64,000 nucleotides of DNA from Thermodesulfovibrionia bacterium (GCA_947259645.1 CAMYND010000019.1:1-64000); one strand, 5' to 3'. Shown: positions 49,006 through 58,805, numbered from the stretch's first letter. The notes: a model not told the origin generated them from the letters alone. Program-made: numbers and translations.

Positions 49006-49860
49006 TTAGTTCTGCACCTCCGGCAGCATAATATGTATTTGTGAGCCGGGAAAGGGGGCAAGATTTACTACTTTCTTTTTTCCGAATGCCCACTCGGGAA
49101 CAACCGCGACTTTAGCAGTACCGGAGCGAATGGTTATCTTGCCGCTCCACTGTTCCACAAACCTTCTGACCCCTGCGAGTCCATGTCCCCGCCCCTTATC
49201 AGTATATCTCGAAAATCCCTGGAGCAATGCCTTCTGCAAAGCATCACAGTCGTCTGAAACGGTGACCCTTTCGGAAAGTGACTCGCGGAACCCGATGCCG
49301 AGATCCATTACCGCGATTTTGACCACATTCAAATCGAGCTTCTTAAAATAATATTTCTGAATACCGACCATCCCGGAGTTCTTGCTGTGCTCAACAATGT
49401 TCTGGCACACTTCAGAGAGGGCCACGATAAACCCGCTTATAGCGCGGTCATCATAGTGAAGATGCCGTTCCAGAATCGTATGGGCACGCTGTTTGACTTT
49501 GTCCACGATAAAATGGATATCATCTGACTGGTAAATCGGTGTAATCTCGAGGAGCACGTCAGAGAAATCGCTTCTCAAATGCTTATCAGAAAAATCAGGG
49601 GCTGGCTCAAGATTAAAGTAGCGGTCAGCATACCTGAAAAAATCCATCCGCTCGAGGTATCTCAGAACATCAGGAGACCGCGGCAGCAACAATGTCCTCT
49701 TCTCTCCCTTTGAAAGCAGAGAGCGGCCTGTCTCCAGTATCCCGACCATTCCATAGGGATCAATAAATGCCACGTTCTGAAGATCGAAAAAGTCCTGACG
49801 AGAAATCTGCGACAGAAAAAGTTCAAAGGTGTCATCAGACAGCTGATGTATTGCTGTCAT
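49006..49860 (-). CDS. fusion protein: N-terminal STAS-like (anti-sigma-antagonist-like) domain plus C-terminal GHKL ATPase/Ser kinase (RsbW/SpoIIAB-like)
   Basis: N-terminus VAFIDPYGMVGILETGRSL...LLLPRSPDVLRYLERMDFF. C-terminal N-box EVCQNIVEHS, G1 MDLGIGF, G2 GRGHGLAGV. Four-nucleotide overlap (ATGA) with lolD stop. Confidence 0.55.
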   Translation of the reverse strand: MTAIHQLSDDTFELFLSQISRQDFFDLQNVAFIDPYGMVGILETGRSLLSKGEKRTLLLPRSPDVLRYLERMDFFRYADRYFNLEPAPDFSDKHLRSDFSDVLLEITPIYQSDDIHFIVDKVKQRAHTILERHLHYDDRAISGFIVALSEVCQNIVEHSKNSGMVGIQKYYFKKLDLNVVKIAVMDLGIGFRESLSERVTVSDDCDALQKALLQGFSRYTDKGRGHGLAGVRRFVEQWSGKITIRSGTAKVAVVPEWAFGKKKVVNLAPFPGSQIHIMLPEVQN

Positions 49861-50546
49861 CCCATGATCTTTCCGTCCTTCATTTTCACGATACTATGAC
49901 ATTGTGCAGCAAGACTTTCATTATGGGTAACCATAATAAAGGTTACACCACCGGCATTCAACTCCATTAACAGTTCAAGCAGGTTTTCACCTGACTGTGT
50001 ATCAAGGTTTCCTGTGGGCTCGTCAGCAAAGACAACATCGGGATCAAGCATCAGGGCCCGTGCCACTGCAGCCCTCTGCTGCTCGCCTCCGGAGAGTTCG
50101 CCCGGTTTATGGAGCACTCTGTCTGACAGACCCACGCGGTCAAGCAGGCGGCCTGCTTTCTGGCGTGCCTCCCTGTGACTTACTCCGGCTATGAGCGCAG
50201 GCATAATGGTGTTTTCCATGGTGTTAAATTCAGGCATGAGATGATGAAACTGAAATATAAAGCCGATCGTCCTGTTTCGAAATCCGGCAAGCTCTTCATT
50301 GGGCATTAAAAATACGTTTTTCTCCTCATAAGTGACTTCACCTGATGTCGGCCTGTCAAGGGTGCCCATAATGTGAAGCAATGTGCTTTTGCCGGCGCCT
50401 GAAGGTCCCATCAGCGCTGTGATTTCCCCTTTATTAAAACTGAAGTTAATGTCTTTCAGCACATGAAGGCTGCCGCCTGGCGTTGAAAAAAACTTGTTCA
50501 GTCCCTCTATTCTTATCAATGAGCCCATTTTTGAATTATTTTTCAT
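49857..50546 (-). CDS. lolD: lipoprotein-releasing system ATP-binding protein LolD
   Basis: Walker A GPSGAGKST, ABC signature LSGGEQQR, Walker B DVVFADEPTGNLD. Confidence 0.9.
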   Translation of the reverse strand: MKNNSKMGSLIRIEGLNKFFSTPGGSLHVLKDINFSFNKGEITALMGPSGAGKSTLLHIMGTLDRPTSGEVTYEEKNVFLMPNEELAGFRNRTIGFIFQFHHLMPEFNTMENTIMPALIAGVSHREARQKAGRLLDRVGLSDRVLHKPGELSGGEQQRAAVARALMLDPDVVFADEPTGNLDTQSGENLLELLMELNAGGVTFIMVTHNESLAAQCHSIVKMKDGKIMG

Positions 50547-50778
50547 CCTTATCCGAGCTTAAGGCATCGCTTATTTTATCGATGTTTTCACGGACCTCAC
50601 TGCTTCCCTCTATGAAATTGTCAACACTGTCGCCGAATTCCGAGAAGGATTTGCCCATAATTTTCAGTCCGTCCCCTACCCACCGAAAAGGCTCCCCGCC
50701 CTTCCAGAGAGCCACAGCTACTGTCAAAAACACAAGAAATACAGCCAGCGTTATCACTTTAAAAAATAACTTAAACAC
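50536..50778 (-). CDS. small membrane-anchored protein (80 aa, GTG start, GGAG SD) inserted between lolC and lolD
   Basis: N-terminal transmembrane helix FKVITLAVFLVFLTVAVAL. Acidic tail. Overlaps lolD start. Confidence 0.45.
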   Translation of the reverse strand: MFKLFFKVITLAVFLVFLTVAVALWKGGEPFRWVGDGLKIMGKSFSEFGDSVDNFIEGSSEVRENIDKISDALSSDKDEK

Positions 50779-50825
50779 CGCTCTTCTCCCTTCTTAAAGC
50801 ACCCTGACCAGCGCCCTGATTTGAA

Positions 50826-52091
50826 TTATTCATATCTCAGCGGTTCAACAGGGTCCACTTTTGCTGCCTGCCACGACGGATAAAGCGTAGCAAGAAAACT
50901 TATGGTTATCGCCGCTGTCGAGACCGCGATGAAGTCCAGAGAATCAACCTTTACCGGCAGATAACTCAGGTAGTAAACATCAGCCGGAAGTGATATGAAT
51001 TTATAGTTTTTCAGCAAACCGCACAGCGCATACCCGCTTGCAGTGCCGATAGCTGTACCGGTAATACCAATAATGAGCCCGTGAATCATGAAGATAGACA
51101 TTATACCCCTGCTTGTCGCACCCATTGCCTTCATTATGGCAATTTCCCTGCTTTTTTCAATGACGATCATAATAAGGTTGCTGACAATATTAAATGAAGC
51201 AACCAGCACAATAAGTGTGAGAATAATAAACATCACCAGTTTCTCAAGCTTGAGTGCTGAAAAAAGATTTCTGTTCATCTGCATCCAGTCTTTGGCATAG
51301 TATGACGCGCCCCGGAAGATCCCGTCTGCACCGTTGTCAGTGTCCGAAACAGCCAGCTCTATCTGCTCCGCGATACTTTCTGCTTTATAGATATCATCAA
51401 CTCTCACTTCAATCCCGGTAACCGCATCCTTATAACCGAAAAATTTCTGGGCGCTGAGAAGATCAATAAACCCGAGACTGGAATCATATTCATACATTCC
51501 CGCCTCAAAATACCCGACAACCCTGAATTTTTTCATTTTAGGGATCATGCCGAGCGGCCCGACCTCTCCAACAGGAGATATCATGTCAATCATATCGCCC
51601 ACAAATATTCCCAGCATCCTCATGACCTCTCTGCCGACAATTATACCGGACATGCCGGTCTCGCTCCTCAACTCTTCTATACTCCCCTCTTTAAGGCTGT
51701 TCAGAATATTGGTAGTACCTGTGCCCGTTGCAGGATCAATGCCCCGCACAACAACACCATGGACCCGCTTGCCATGTCTGAGCATGACCTGACCATAGAT
51801 AAAGGGGGAAGACGTGGCAACTCCCTGCACAGCATTGATTTTCGCGCTGAGGGACTCATAATCCGAAATACTGTTCTTGTAGCTTAAGGTGACGATATGG
51901 GCATTTACACCAAGTATCTTTTCCTGAAGGTCTTCATGAAATCCACTCATGACTGATATCACTGTTGTCAGCGTCATAACGCCAAGGGCAACACCTGCAA
52001 TCGAGATAAACGTATTGAATGAGATACCATTGTGCTTTTTCTTCGATTTAAAATAACGGAGGGCTATAAAGAAATAGTAAGGGAGATTCAT
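50826..52091 (-). CDS. lolC: lipoprotein-releasing system permease LolC/LolE (FtsX-like)
   Basis: MNLPYYFFIALRYFKSKKK...FISIAGVALGV; periplasmic loop; three C-terminal transmembrane segments. Confidence 0.88.
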   Translation of the reverse strand: MNLPYYFFIALRYFKSKKKHNGISFNTFISIAGVALGVMTLTTVISVMSGFHEDLQEKILGVNAHIVTLSYKNSISDYESLSAKINAVQGVATSSPFIYGQVMLRHGKRVHGVVVRGIDPATGTGTTNILNSLKEGSIEELRSETGMSGIIVGREVMRMLGIFVGDMIDMISPVGEVGPLGMIPKMKKFRVVGYFEAGMYEYDSSLGFIDLLSAQKFFGYKDAVTGIEVRVDDIYKAESIAEQIELAVSDTDNGADGIFRGASYYAKDWMQMNRNLFSALKLEKLVMFIILTLIVLVASFNIVSNLIMIVIEKSREIAIMKAMGATSRGIMSIFMIHGLIIGITGTAIGTASGYALCGLLKNYKFISLPADVYYLSYLPVKVDSLDFIAVSTAAITISFLATLYPSWQAAKVDPVEPLRYE

Positions 52092-52144
52092 AGTTAAATT
52101 TGATCTGCTTTCAGCAGCTGACTTTTCATTCTCTTTCTTTTTTT

Positions 52145-52175
52145 GCTGACAGCTGAGAGCTGACCGCTGAAAGCT
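52145..52175. repeat. heptamer tandem repeat (GCTGANN)x4: GCTGACA-GCTGAGA-GCTGACC-GCTGAAA-GCT
   Basis: Read directly in the lysS-lolC intergenic gap. Confidence 0.8.
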
Positions 52176-52176
52176 A

Positions 52177-53676
52177 CTATAACTGCTCCGGCCTTAACTG
52201 CGGGAACAGAATAACATCCCGTATTGAGGCTGTATTCGTCAGTATCATAAAAAGCCTGTCAATGCCGATTCCCTCACCAGCCGCGGGCGGCATTCCGTAT
52301 TCAAGGGCCCTGACAAAATCTTCGTCCATGTAATTCGCCTCTTCATCTCCCTCTTCCCTGGCCCTGACCTGTTCCATAAACCGCTCTCTCTGGTCAACAG
52401 GGTCATTCAGTTCTGAAAAGGCATTTGCAACTTCCCGGCCGCCGATAAAGAGCTCAAACCTCTCCACAAAGTCAGGGGCATCTTTTTTACGTTTGGCAAG
52501 CGGTGAAAGCGCCACAGGATAATCAGTGATAAAAACGGGTTGAATAAGAGTTGGTTCAACTTTTTTCGAGAATATTTCATCAAGAATTTTGGCGTGATTA
52601 GCCTTCTTTTCTATGTTGATCTTGTTGTCATGGGCGTATTCTCTTGCCCTGGACAGATCTTTAAAAACTGCCGGGTCCACACCCTCTTTCTCCATAGCAT
52701 CCATCATGGTCAGGCGAGGCCATGGCGGTGCCATATTAATAACTTCGCCTTTTCCGTCTTCATCCTGATCTCCGAAAGGAACTTCAAGCCCGCCATTTAT
52801 TTCCTGGCACACAAAGGGGATGAGCTCTTCAGTAAAGTCCATCAGGTAGGTATAGTCCTTATAGGAAATATAAAATTCAAGCATGGTAAATTCCGGATTG
52901 TGCTTTGCTGAAATCCCTTCATTTCTAAAATTCTTGTTAATCTCATAAACTCTCTCATACCCCCCGACAAGAAGCTTTTTCAGATAAAGCTCCGGAGCAA
53001 TCCTTAAAAACAGGTCAAGGCCAAGGGCATTGTGGTGAGTCTGAAAAGGTCTTGCTGTTGCCCCGCCCGGAATCTGGTGCATCATCGGTGTCTCAACTTC
53101 AATAAAATCCCGCTCATCAAAAAAGTTCCTGATAGCCTTGATCAGCTTGCTCCTCTTCAGAAAAAGTTCTCGCACGTGAGGGTTCACTATCAGGTCAACA
53201 TAACGCTGTCTGCAGCGGGTCTCGATGTCCTTTAAGCCGTGCCACTTCTCAGGCAGCGGCCGAAGTGATTTACACAGCAGGGTGTAGCTGCCGGTCTCTA
53301 TTGTCAGCTCATCGGTCCTGGTCCTGAAGAGCGTGCCTCTGACTCCGATAATATCGCCGATATCGAGGCCCTTGAAGAGGTCCTTGTTGCCGGTAATTAT
53401 ATCCTTGCTGAAATAGATCTGTATCTTACCTGTATCATCCTGGACATGAGCAAACGCGGTCTTTCCAAAATCCCTCAATGATATAATACGGCCTGCAATG
53501 GAGCAGTCCTGTTTTTTTAATGCAAGCTCATCTTTATTTAAGGGGCTGAAGTTTCGTGCGATATCCGCGGCCTTGTCCGTGGCATCAAAGGCTTCACCAT
53601 AGGGGTTAATACCTGAATCTCTGAGTCTCCCCAGCTTTTTTAATCTTTCCTGTATCAGTTCATTTGTTTCTTCCAT
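52177..53676 (-). CDS. lysS: lysine--tRNA ligase (class II)
   Basis: N-terminal OB-fold (anticodon-binding). Class II motifs and the GGGIGIDRL end motif. Confidence 0.95.
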   Translation of the reverse strand: MEETNELIQERLKKLGRLRDSGINPYGEAFDATDKAADIARNFSPLNKDELALKKQDCSIAGRIISLRDFGKTAFAHVQDDTGKIQIYFSKDIITGNKDLFKGLDIGDIIGVRGTLFRTRTDELTIETGSYTLLCKSLRPLPEKWHGLKDIETRCRQRYVDLIVNPHVRELFLKRSKLIKAIRNFFDERDFIEVETPMMHQIPGGATARPFQTHHNALGLDLFLRIAPELYLKKLLVGGYERVYEINKNFRNEGISAKHNPEFTMLEFYISYKDYTYLMDFTEELIPFVCQEINGGLEVPFGDQDEDGKGEVINMAPPWPRLTMMDAMEKEGVDPAVFKDLSRAREYAHDNKINIEKKANHAKILDEIFSKKVEPTLIQPVFITDYPVALSPLAKRKKDAPDFVERFELFIGGREVANAFSELNDPVDQRERFMEQVRAREEGDEEANYMDEDFVRALEYGMPPAAGEGIGIDRLFMILTNTASIRDVILFPQLRPEQL

Positions 53677-53809
53677 TGCTCGCCTTTCTGAACGCGGGGA
53701 ATACTGAAGACAGCTGAATCACCTGGTCCGGGTTACCGGCTCTCGTGACAAACATTTCCTGCGCTGTAGTTTTATCATCACACCTGTCTGCCACGTTGCC
53801 TGACTCGAA

Positions 53810-54085
53810 TTAATCAATGAGCGAGGACAGGATTTTTGTCTTTTCCTCAATCAGCCTGTCCAGATCTTTCTGCTCCATTCTGACTTTGAACAGTTCGTCA
53901 GCAATGCCAAACGCGGCCATAACAGCAGCCTTTCCCTGGTTCACATTCGGGGCGACGCTGTAGATCTCTTTCAGCTTTTCGTCAACATACCGTGCAAGAG
54001 ACCTTATATACTCGTCGTCCTCATCTGTTTTTATTGAATAGCTCTGGCCAAGTATCTGGACTTCTACAGAACGCATCTGCACCAC
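53810..54085 (-). CDS. zapA: cell division protein ZapA
   Basis: VEVQILGQSYSIKTDEDDEYIRSLARYVDEKL; 91 aa. Confidence 0.8.
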   Translation of the reverse strand: MVQMRSVEVQILGQSYSIKTDEDDEYIRSLARYVDEKLKEIYSVAPNVNQGKAAVMAAFGIADELFKVRMEQKDLDRLIEEKTKILSSLID

Positions 54086-54104
54086 CTGATATGAATTCTG
54101 AGAA

Positions 54105-54374
54105 TTATAATTCTACGGAATCAAGTTCCTGAATTAAATTCTCCACCTGTGACTTTACTTTTGCACGTTCGTTGTTGAGTCGGTCAACATCAATTCTTAA
54201 AGATTCTGAATTTTTCATTTCCCGTTTGGATTTGATCAGCTCATCCTCTTTCTTGTCCATCTCTTCCTTGAGTTCTCTGAGTTGACTCTTCAAAACATTA
54301 TTTTCTTCAGTAACAGATTTTATTTTATCAATGACTTTCGTGATTTTTTCTTCAAGCATCTCTATTTTTTCCAC
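54105..54374 (-). CDS. zapB: ZapB-like coiled-coil cell-division protein (ORF called from TTG 54392; GTG 54374 with GGAGG SD more likely)
   Basis: Entirely heptad coiled coil; directly upstream of zapA. Confidence 0.6.
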   Translation of the reverse strand: MEKIEMLEEKITKVIDKIKSVTEENNVLKSQLRELKEEMDKKEDELIKSKREMKNSESLRIDVDRLNNERAKVKSQVENLIQELDSVEL

Positions 54375-54529
54375 TACTGAATCCTCCTTCAAATGTTAAG
54401 GCTGCCCTTTCATTTCAGGTTGTAACTTATCAAAAATTAAATGAAAAAGTAAAGCCTGCCCTTCAACTTACCGACATAAATTATTGTATTATATGGATTC
54501 CCCGTCATGAAATTGCCGAAACCAGCTTT

Positions 54530-56665
54530 TCACAGCCCCTGTATGGGAAGGCCGTTTATGCGGCGGTACTGCCAATAGCTTTTCATTACTTTTTTCACAT
54601 AGTTTCTCGTTTCCAGATAGGGAATATTCTCTATAAATTCAGACATATCTTCGCTGCTGAACCGTGTCAGCCAGTCTCTCAGCCTGTTTTCTCCCGCATT
54701 ATAGGCAGCAACTGCAAGAGGTATCTCCTTGAATTCATTGAGCAGTTTGGACAGGTAATGTGATCCCAGGGTAATGTTTTTCTTGCTGTCATGAAGCTCA
54801 AATCGTCCCTTAAAACTTACCCCCGCGCTCCTCCCCATTCTTTTGGCTGTTGCCGGCATTAACTGCATGAGTCCGATAGCTCCTGCCCAGGACCTCACAT
54901 TACGGTCAAAACGGCTCTCTTCCCGAATCAAAGCGGCTATAAGATAGGCATCAAGGCTTTCCTCTTCAGCCGCACTGTTAATTGATGGCCAGTATGCACG
55001 TGGATATGAATAGGGAAGCAACTCCTGTTCAGCACGGGATTCAGCAAATGCTATCATTCTCTTATATACTTCAAGCTCCATTGCGCGCGATGACAGGTAC
55101 ATATACTCATCATATTGCTTTCCCCAGCCAAAAGACCGGGATAGTTCCTTCGCGGCTTCTTCCTTCATCCCGAGCAGCATAAGCGTCTCTATCCTGTCGT
55201 AAAGCTCCCCAACAGGTTTAACCGGTACGGGAGGGAATATTTTATCGGACACCTCATTTATCCCGGCATTAATCCTGATGAGATAGCCGTAATAAGAGTC
55301 ATCAAAAGGCAGTCCTTTAAAAAAGTTTTCATTTGCTTTTTCGCAGGTTATGTCCCCGGATACGATTCCTGTTTCCAGGCACCCATCATACATCTTTTTC
55401 TTAACGCTGGCGGTCCAGTAGAGGTACTTATACTGGTTGCCCTTGTGCGGCAGGGAGGTCAGGCGTGAAAAGTACTCCACAGAACGGCTGTAATCTGCAG
55501 CGGTAAAGTGCATCCAGGCAAGCCCCCATAAGGCCTGTTCAGCACTATCAGGGTAACTGGTCAAGACTTTCCGGTACGTATCATCAGCTTCTGTAAACAG
55601 CCCTTTTCTCCTGAACTCATTCGCTTCCATGATATAGAGAAGGGCAAGTTTTGTGTCACCCGGTGATCTCTGTTCCAGTTCCTTCTTTGTTTTTTCAAAG
55701 CCTTCCCTGTCATCGATCCTGTAAAAGGAGCGGGCCCTCCAGTAGAGAGCCTCCGGGGTGGAGAGAAGCCCGAATGTGCGAGCTGATTCAGTATATTTTT
55801 TCTGCCTGAACTGGCTCATCCCAAGTTTAAAGAGAATGTTTCTCTTACCCTTTTCAGTGTATAATTTTAAGAGAGACTGATATGCTGCCTCAGCTTTTTT
55901 GTAATTAAAGTTTTTAAATTGACTATCCGCTTTTTTCAGCTGTTCTTTTTTATTTAATGATGTTGCCTTGAGTTCCTTCATTCTCGCGAAAGCATATCCG
56001 GAAACAGGCGCGTTATGGATGTAAAGGTTCCTATAGAGACCTATAGCTTTGTCTCTCTTTCCCTGCTCTTCAAGAAGACGTCCCAGCATCAATTTGTAGT
56101 CCCAGTCATCAGGATAGTTCGAAACATAGTCAGTTAATTCCTTCACTGCTTCCCTGTCTTTCTTGAGGCTGAAGAGTGCCTCAATTGCAGACTTGCCCGC
56201 ATCCTGCCGCAAGAGCTCACTCTGTACACGCCTCGATGTGGCAAGAGCTTTTTCATAGTTCCCGGAAGATCTGTACGTATCAATCAGCAATATGAGGGCA
56301 TAATCCCTGAGCAGAGGATTTTTTTCCGCGACCCGGGTCAGGTATTCTTCAGCTTTGTCAAATGCCCCTTCTATATGATAGATCTTGCCCAGCAAAAAAC
56401 CAGCCTCCCCATTGCCTGGCTCGTCAATACCCGCTAAAGGCAGCAGGACCTGCTCAGCCTCTTTATACAACGTCCGGTCCATGAGATAAACAGCACGCGC
56501 GATCTTTGTTATTCTTTTCTCTCTGTATTCGCCGGGATGAACTTCATGGACGCTCTGAAATTTCACATGGGCCGGAAGAGGGCTGAGTGAACAAAATACC
56601 AGCGCCAGGGCAGTTATCATGACTGAGAGCACCCTGTTTTTTAACGGGCTATGATTCATAGGCAT
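54530..56665 (-). CDS. slt: soluble lytic murein transglycosylase (Slt70-like: signal peptide, TPR/superhelical domain, C-terminal SLT domain)
   Basis: C-terminal ALIREESRFD...SWAGAIGLMQLMPATA (SLT Glu/motif). Long alpha-helical repeat N-terminus. Confidence 0.85.
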   Translation of the reverse strand: MPMNHSPLKNRVLSVMITALALVFCSLSPLPAHVKFQSVHEVHPGEYREKRITKIARAVYLMDRTLYKEAEQVLLPLAGIDEPGNGEAGFLLGKIYHIEGAFDKAEEYLTRVAEKNPLLRDYALILLIDTYRSSGNYEKALATSRRVQSELLRQDAGKSAIEALFSLKKDREAVKELTDYVSNYPDDWDYKLMLGRLLEEQGKRDKAIGLYRNLYIHNAPVSGYAFARMKELKATSLNKKEQLKKADSQFKNFNYKKAEAAYQSLLKLYTEKGKRNILFKLGMSQFRQKKYTESARTFGLLSTPEALYWRARSFYRIDDREGFEKTKKELEQRSPGDTKLALLYIMEANEFRRKGLFTEADDTYRKVLTSYPDSAEQALWGLAWMHFTAADYSRSVEYFSRLTSLPHKGNQYKYLYWTASVKKKMYDGCLETGIVSGDITCEKANENFFKGLPFDDSYYGYLIRINAGINEVSDKIFPPVPVKPVGELYDRIETLMLLGMKEEAAKELSRSFGWGKQYDEYMYLSSRAMELEVYKRMIAFAESRAEQELLPYSYPRAYWPSINSAAEEESLDAYLIAALIREESRFDRNVRSWAGAIGLMQLMPATAKRMGRSAGVSFKGRFELHDSKKNITLGSHYLSKLLNEFKEIPLAVAAYNAGENRLRDWLTRFSSEDMSEFIENIPYLETRNYVKKVMKSYWQYRRINGLPIQGL

Positions 56666-57016
56666 AGACTATATTAGCCCATATCATTCTGCCACGCAAT
56701 ACTTCCTCCTGCTGTTCCCGGGCAGACCCTGAGAAATCTTCAAAATGGCTCCCCTGCTGGATAAGAACGCGCAAATATAGCATAATAGCCTGTTAAATAA
56801 TGGTTATTTAGAATTCAGCATTGAGCAGGTTGTGAGGAAATCTACAATAATCACACTGTTGTCATGCTGGCAAAAAAACCTGTCAACAGCCTACTGGCTA
56901 TTAAATTTTATCATTAAATATACTGTTTTTATATCCTTAAGTAATGGTTCTTCAGTACCGTATAAATAACTACATTGATGCAGTATTAAAATATTGATTT
57001 CAAACCTCCTGGACAG

Positions 57017-58147
57017 GTGGACATGTACAGAGTCGTAATACAAACATATTCCCGAACAACACAGATATTCAATTTTATGCTCGTCCTCATTTTTTCGCTC
57101 TTTATGCTTGTCACTGCAGTGTCGGCAGATCAGTCAGGACCGGATGAGTGCATAGGATGCCATGAAGACGTTTACCTGAAGGCTATTTCGAACAAATATC
57201 AACATAGCATCCTGAGAGAAAAATGCACCTTTTGCCATGTACAGGAAAATCCTGAAGGGGAACTTGAATTAATGCGTAACTTTAAAACCCTTCAGCAAGA
57301 CCAGATCATTTACTTAAAAGACCTCAGCAAAGACCAATTGTATGGCGCAGAAATATCAGCAACAGGATATTACGGAGCGCGGAGCCAGCCAAGGAGTTAT
57401 AATCTGTCCCCGGGGTCTGTACTTATCCATGAACAGCTGGAGACGGTGAACCAGATCTCGGACATATCTGTTGATGAGATACAAAAAGGCGCTTTTGTCC
57501 GGGCTGTGATTTCCTGGAACACAGACTCATTCTCGTCGTCTGAAATAGAATACAGTGCTGATGGCAATAGTCCTTACCGGTTTATCTCACGGGACATATA
57601 CACGACAAGACATCGTATTGTCCTGAGAAGACTAAAAGGGAACAGCATTTATAGCTTTAAAGTCATCTCAAGGGACCTCCACGGAAATAGTGTTGAATCA
57701 GCGGATTATTCAATTGACACATCACAAAATTTCACCGCTCCGGACAACTACTATGGAGAGCCACTCTCAATCGACCACATGCAGGCCTTTCGCGTAGTGG
57801 GGAGAGAAGGGCTGTTTCTGAAAGTTTCTGCCAACAGGCCTTCAGAACTGCGGTTGCGGGTCACGCAGGTAAAGGAAATGGATCCGCGGCATGGCTTCGG
57901 TCTGCTTCCTGCGCGGCATATCAGAATCGATGTGTGCGTCTCCTGCCACCCACGGGGCACATCCCATCCGGTTGGCGTAAGAAGTGAAGGCAAAAAAATC
58001 AGAACTCCCGATGAACTCCCGACCATTGAAAATGGTGTAATCACCTGCGTTACATGCCATATGCCACATGGCGGCAGCAGAGCATACTTCAACCGCTACG
58101 ACCGAAACAGGGACATATGCGTACTCTGTCATATTGGGGGCTATTAG
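57017..58147 (+). CDS. pentahaem c-type cytochrome with central FN3-like beta-sandwich domain
   Basis: Five CxxCH motifs: CIGCH, CTFCH, CVSCH, CVTCH, CVLCH. N-terminal signal/anchor. FN3-like block VISWNTD...YSFKVISRDLHGN. Confidence 0.8.
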   Translation: MDMYRVVIQTYSRTTQIFNFMLVLIFSLFMLVTAVSADQSGPDECIGCHEDVYLKAISNKYQHSILREKCTFCHVQENPEGELELMRNFKTLQQDQIIYLKDLSKDQLYGAEISATGYYGARSQPRSYNLSPGSVLIHEQLETVNQISDISVDEIQKGAFVRAVISWNTDSFSSSEIEYSADGNSPYRFISRDIYTTRHRIVLRRLKGNSIYSFKVISRDLHGNSVESADYSIDTSQNFTAPDNYYGEPLSIDHMQAFRVVGREGLFLKVSANRPSELRLRVTQVKEMDPRHGFGLLPARHIRIDVCVSCHPRGTSHPVGVRSEGKKIRTPDELPTIENGVITCVTCHMPHGGSRAYFNRYDRNRDICVLCHIGGY

Positions 58148-58191
58148 ACTCTGCATACTACTCTCACAGACATGAAAAACCAGGAATGTTC

Positions 58192-58749
58192 ATGAGGAAT
58201 ATCCACGGCAGAAAACTGCTCAATTTTTCGATAAAACGCAATTTCCAATTACGGCTATTAGGAAAGGTCCTTGGTATCGCTATTATAGGGATAGGAATAA
58301 TGGCCGCGGTGTTTTATTTCTACAGCAACAGGGAGATAACTGAAAGCTACCGGCAGTTTCATGTAGAGGCCAAAAATTTTCTGGACTACCTCTGGCCGGC
58401 AGTATTCATGTCACTGATTCTCGCGATCATTGCCGCTGTCGCGATCACGCTCTTTTTCCCTCAGAAAATTGCAGGGCCGCTCTACCGGATAGAAAATGAC
58501 TTAAAAGAGAAAATCTGCAAAGGCGACCTTTCGCACACCATTAAACTGAGGAAAGGGGATGAGGTAACTGACCTGGCAGAAGCCCTTAACATGACCATTC
58601 ATGAAATACGTCAAAAGATAGAGAACATCAGAGAGCCGGCAGTTGAACTGGAATCAAAGCTCAATGCACCGGGAAAGAACATCAGCAAAGATATCGCAGA
58701 TCTGTCTCGTAAAATAAATGACGCACTGCGGGCGTTTAAGCTGCAGTAA
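58192..58749 (+). CDS. membrane-anchored HAMP-domain-only protein (ORF called from 58054; likely start ATG 58192)
   Basis: Two transmembrane segments flanking a short loop, then a HAMP helix pair (GPLYRIENDL...GDEVTDLAEALN). No output domain. Confidence 0.6.
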   Translation: MRNIHGRKLLNFSIKRNFQLRLLGKVLGIAIIGIGIMAAVFYFYSNREITESYRQFHVEAKNFLDYLWPAVFMSLILAIIAAVAITLFFPQKIAGPLYRIENDLKEKICKGDLSHTIKLRKGDEVTDLAEALNMTIHEIRQKIENIREPAVELESKLNAPGKNISKDIADLSRKINDALRAFKLQ

Positions 58750-58762
58750 TATCATTAAAGAA

Positions 58763-58805
58763 CTCAGCAGTCAGGTATCAGCGGTCAGCATTCAGTTTCA
58801 GTGCA
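58763..58805. repeat. heptamer tandem repeat, minus-strand reading (CTGAAA-CTGAAT-GCTGACC-GCTGATA-CCTGACT-GCTGAG)
   Basis: Read directly; follows the stop of the HAMP gene. Confidence 0.7.

Noticed and set aside
53677-53809. Possible 6S RNA (ssrS) downstream of zapA, as in E. coli
   Set aside because: The gap is only 133 nt (6S RNA is about 180 nt), and I could not trace the closing stems or central bubble by eye. This needs an Infernal scan.
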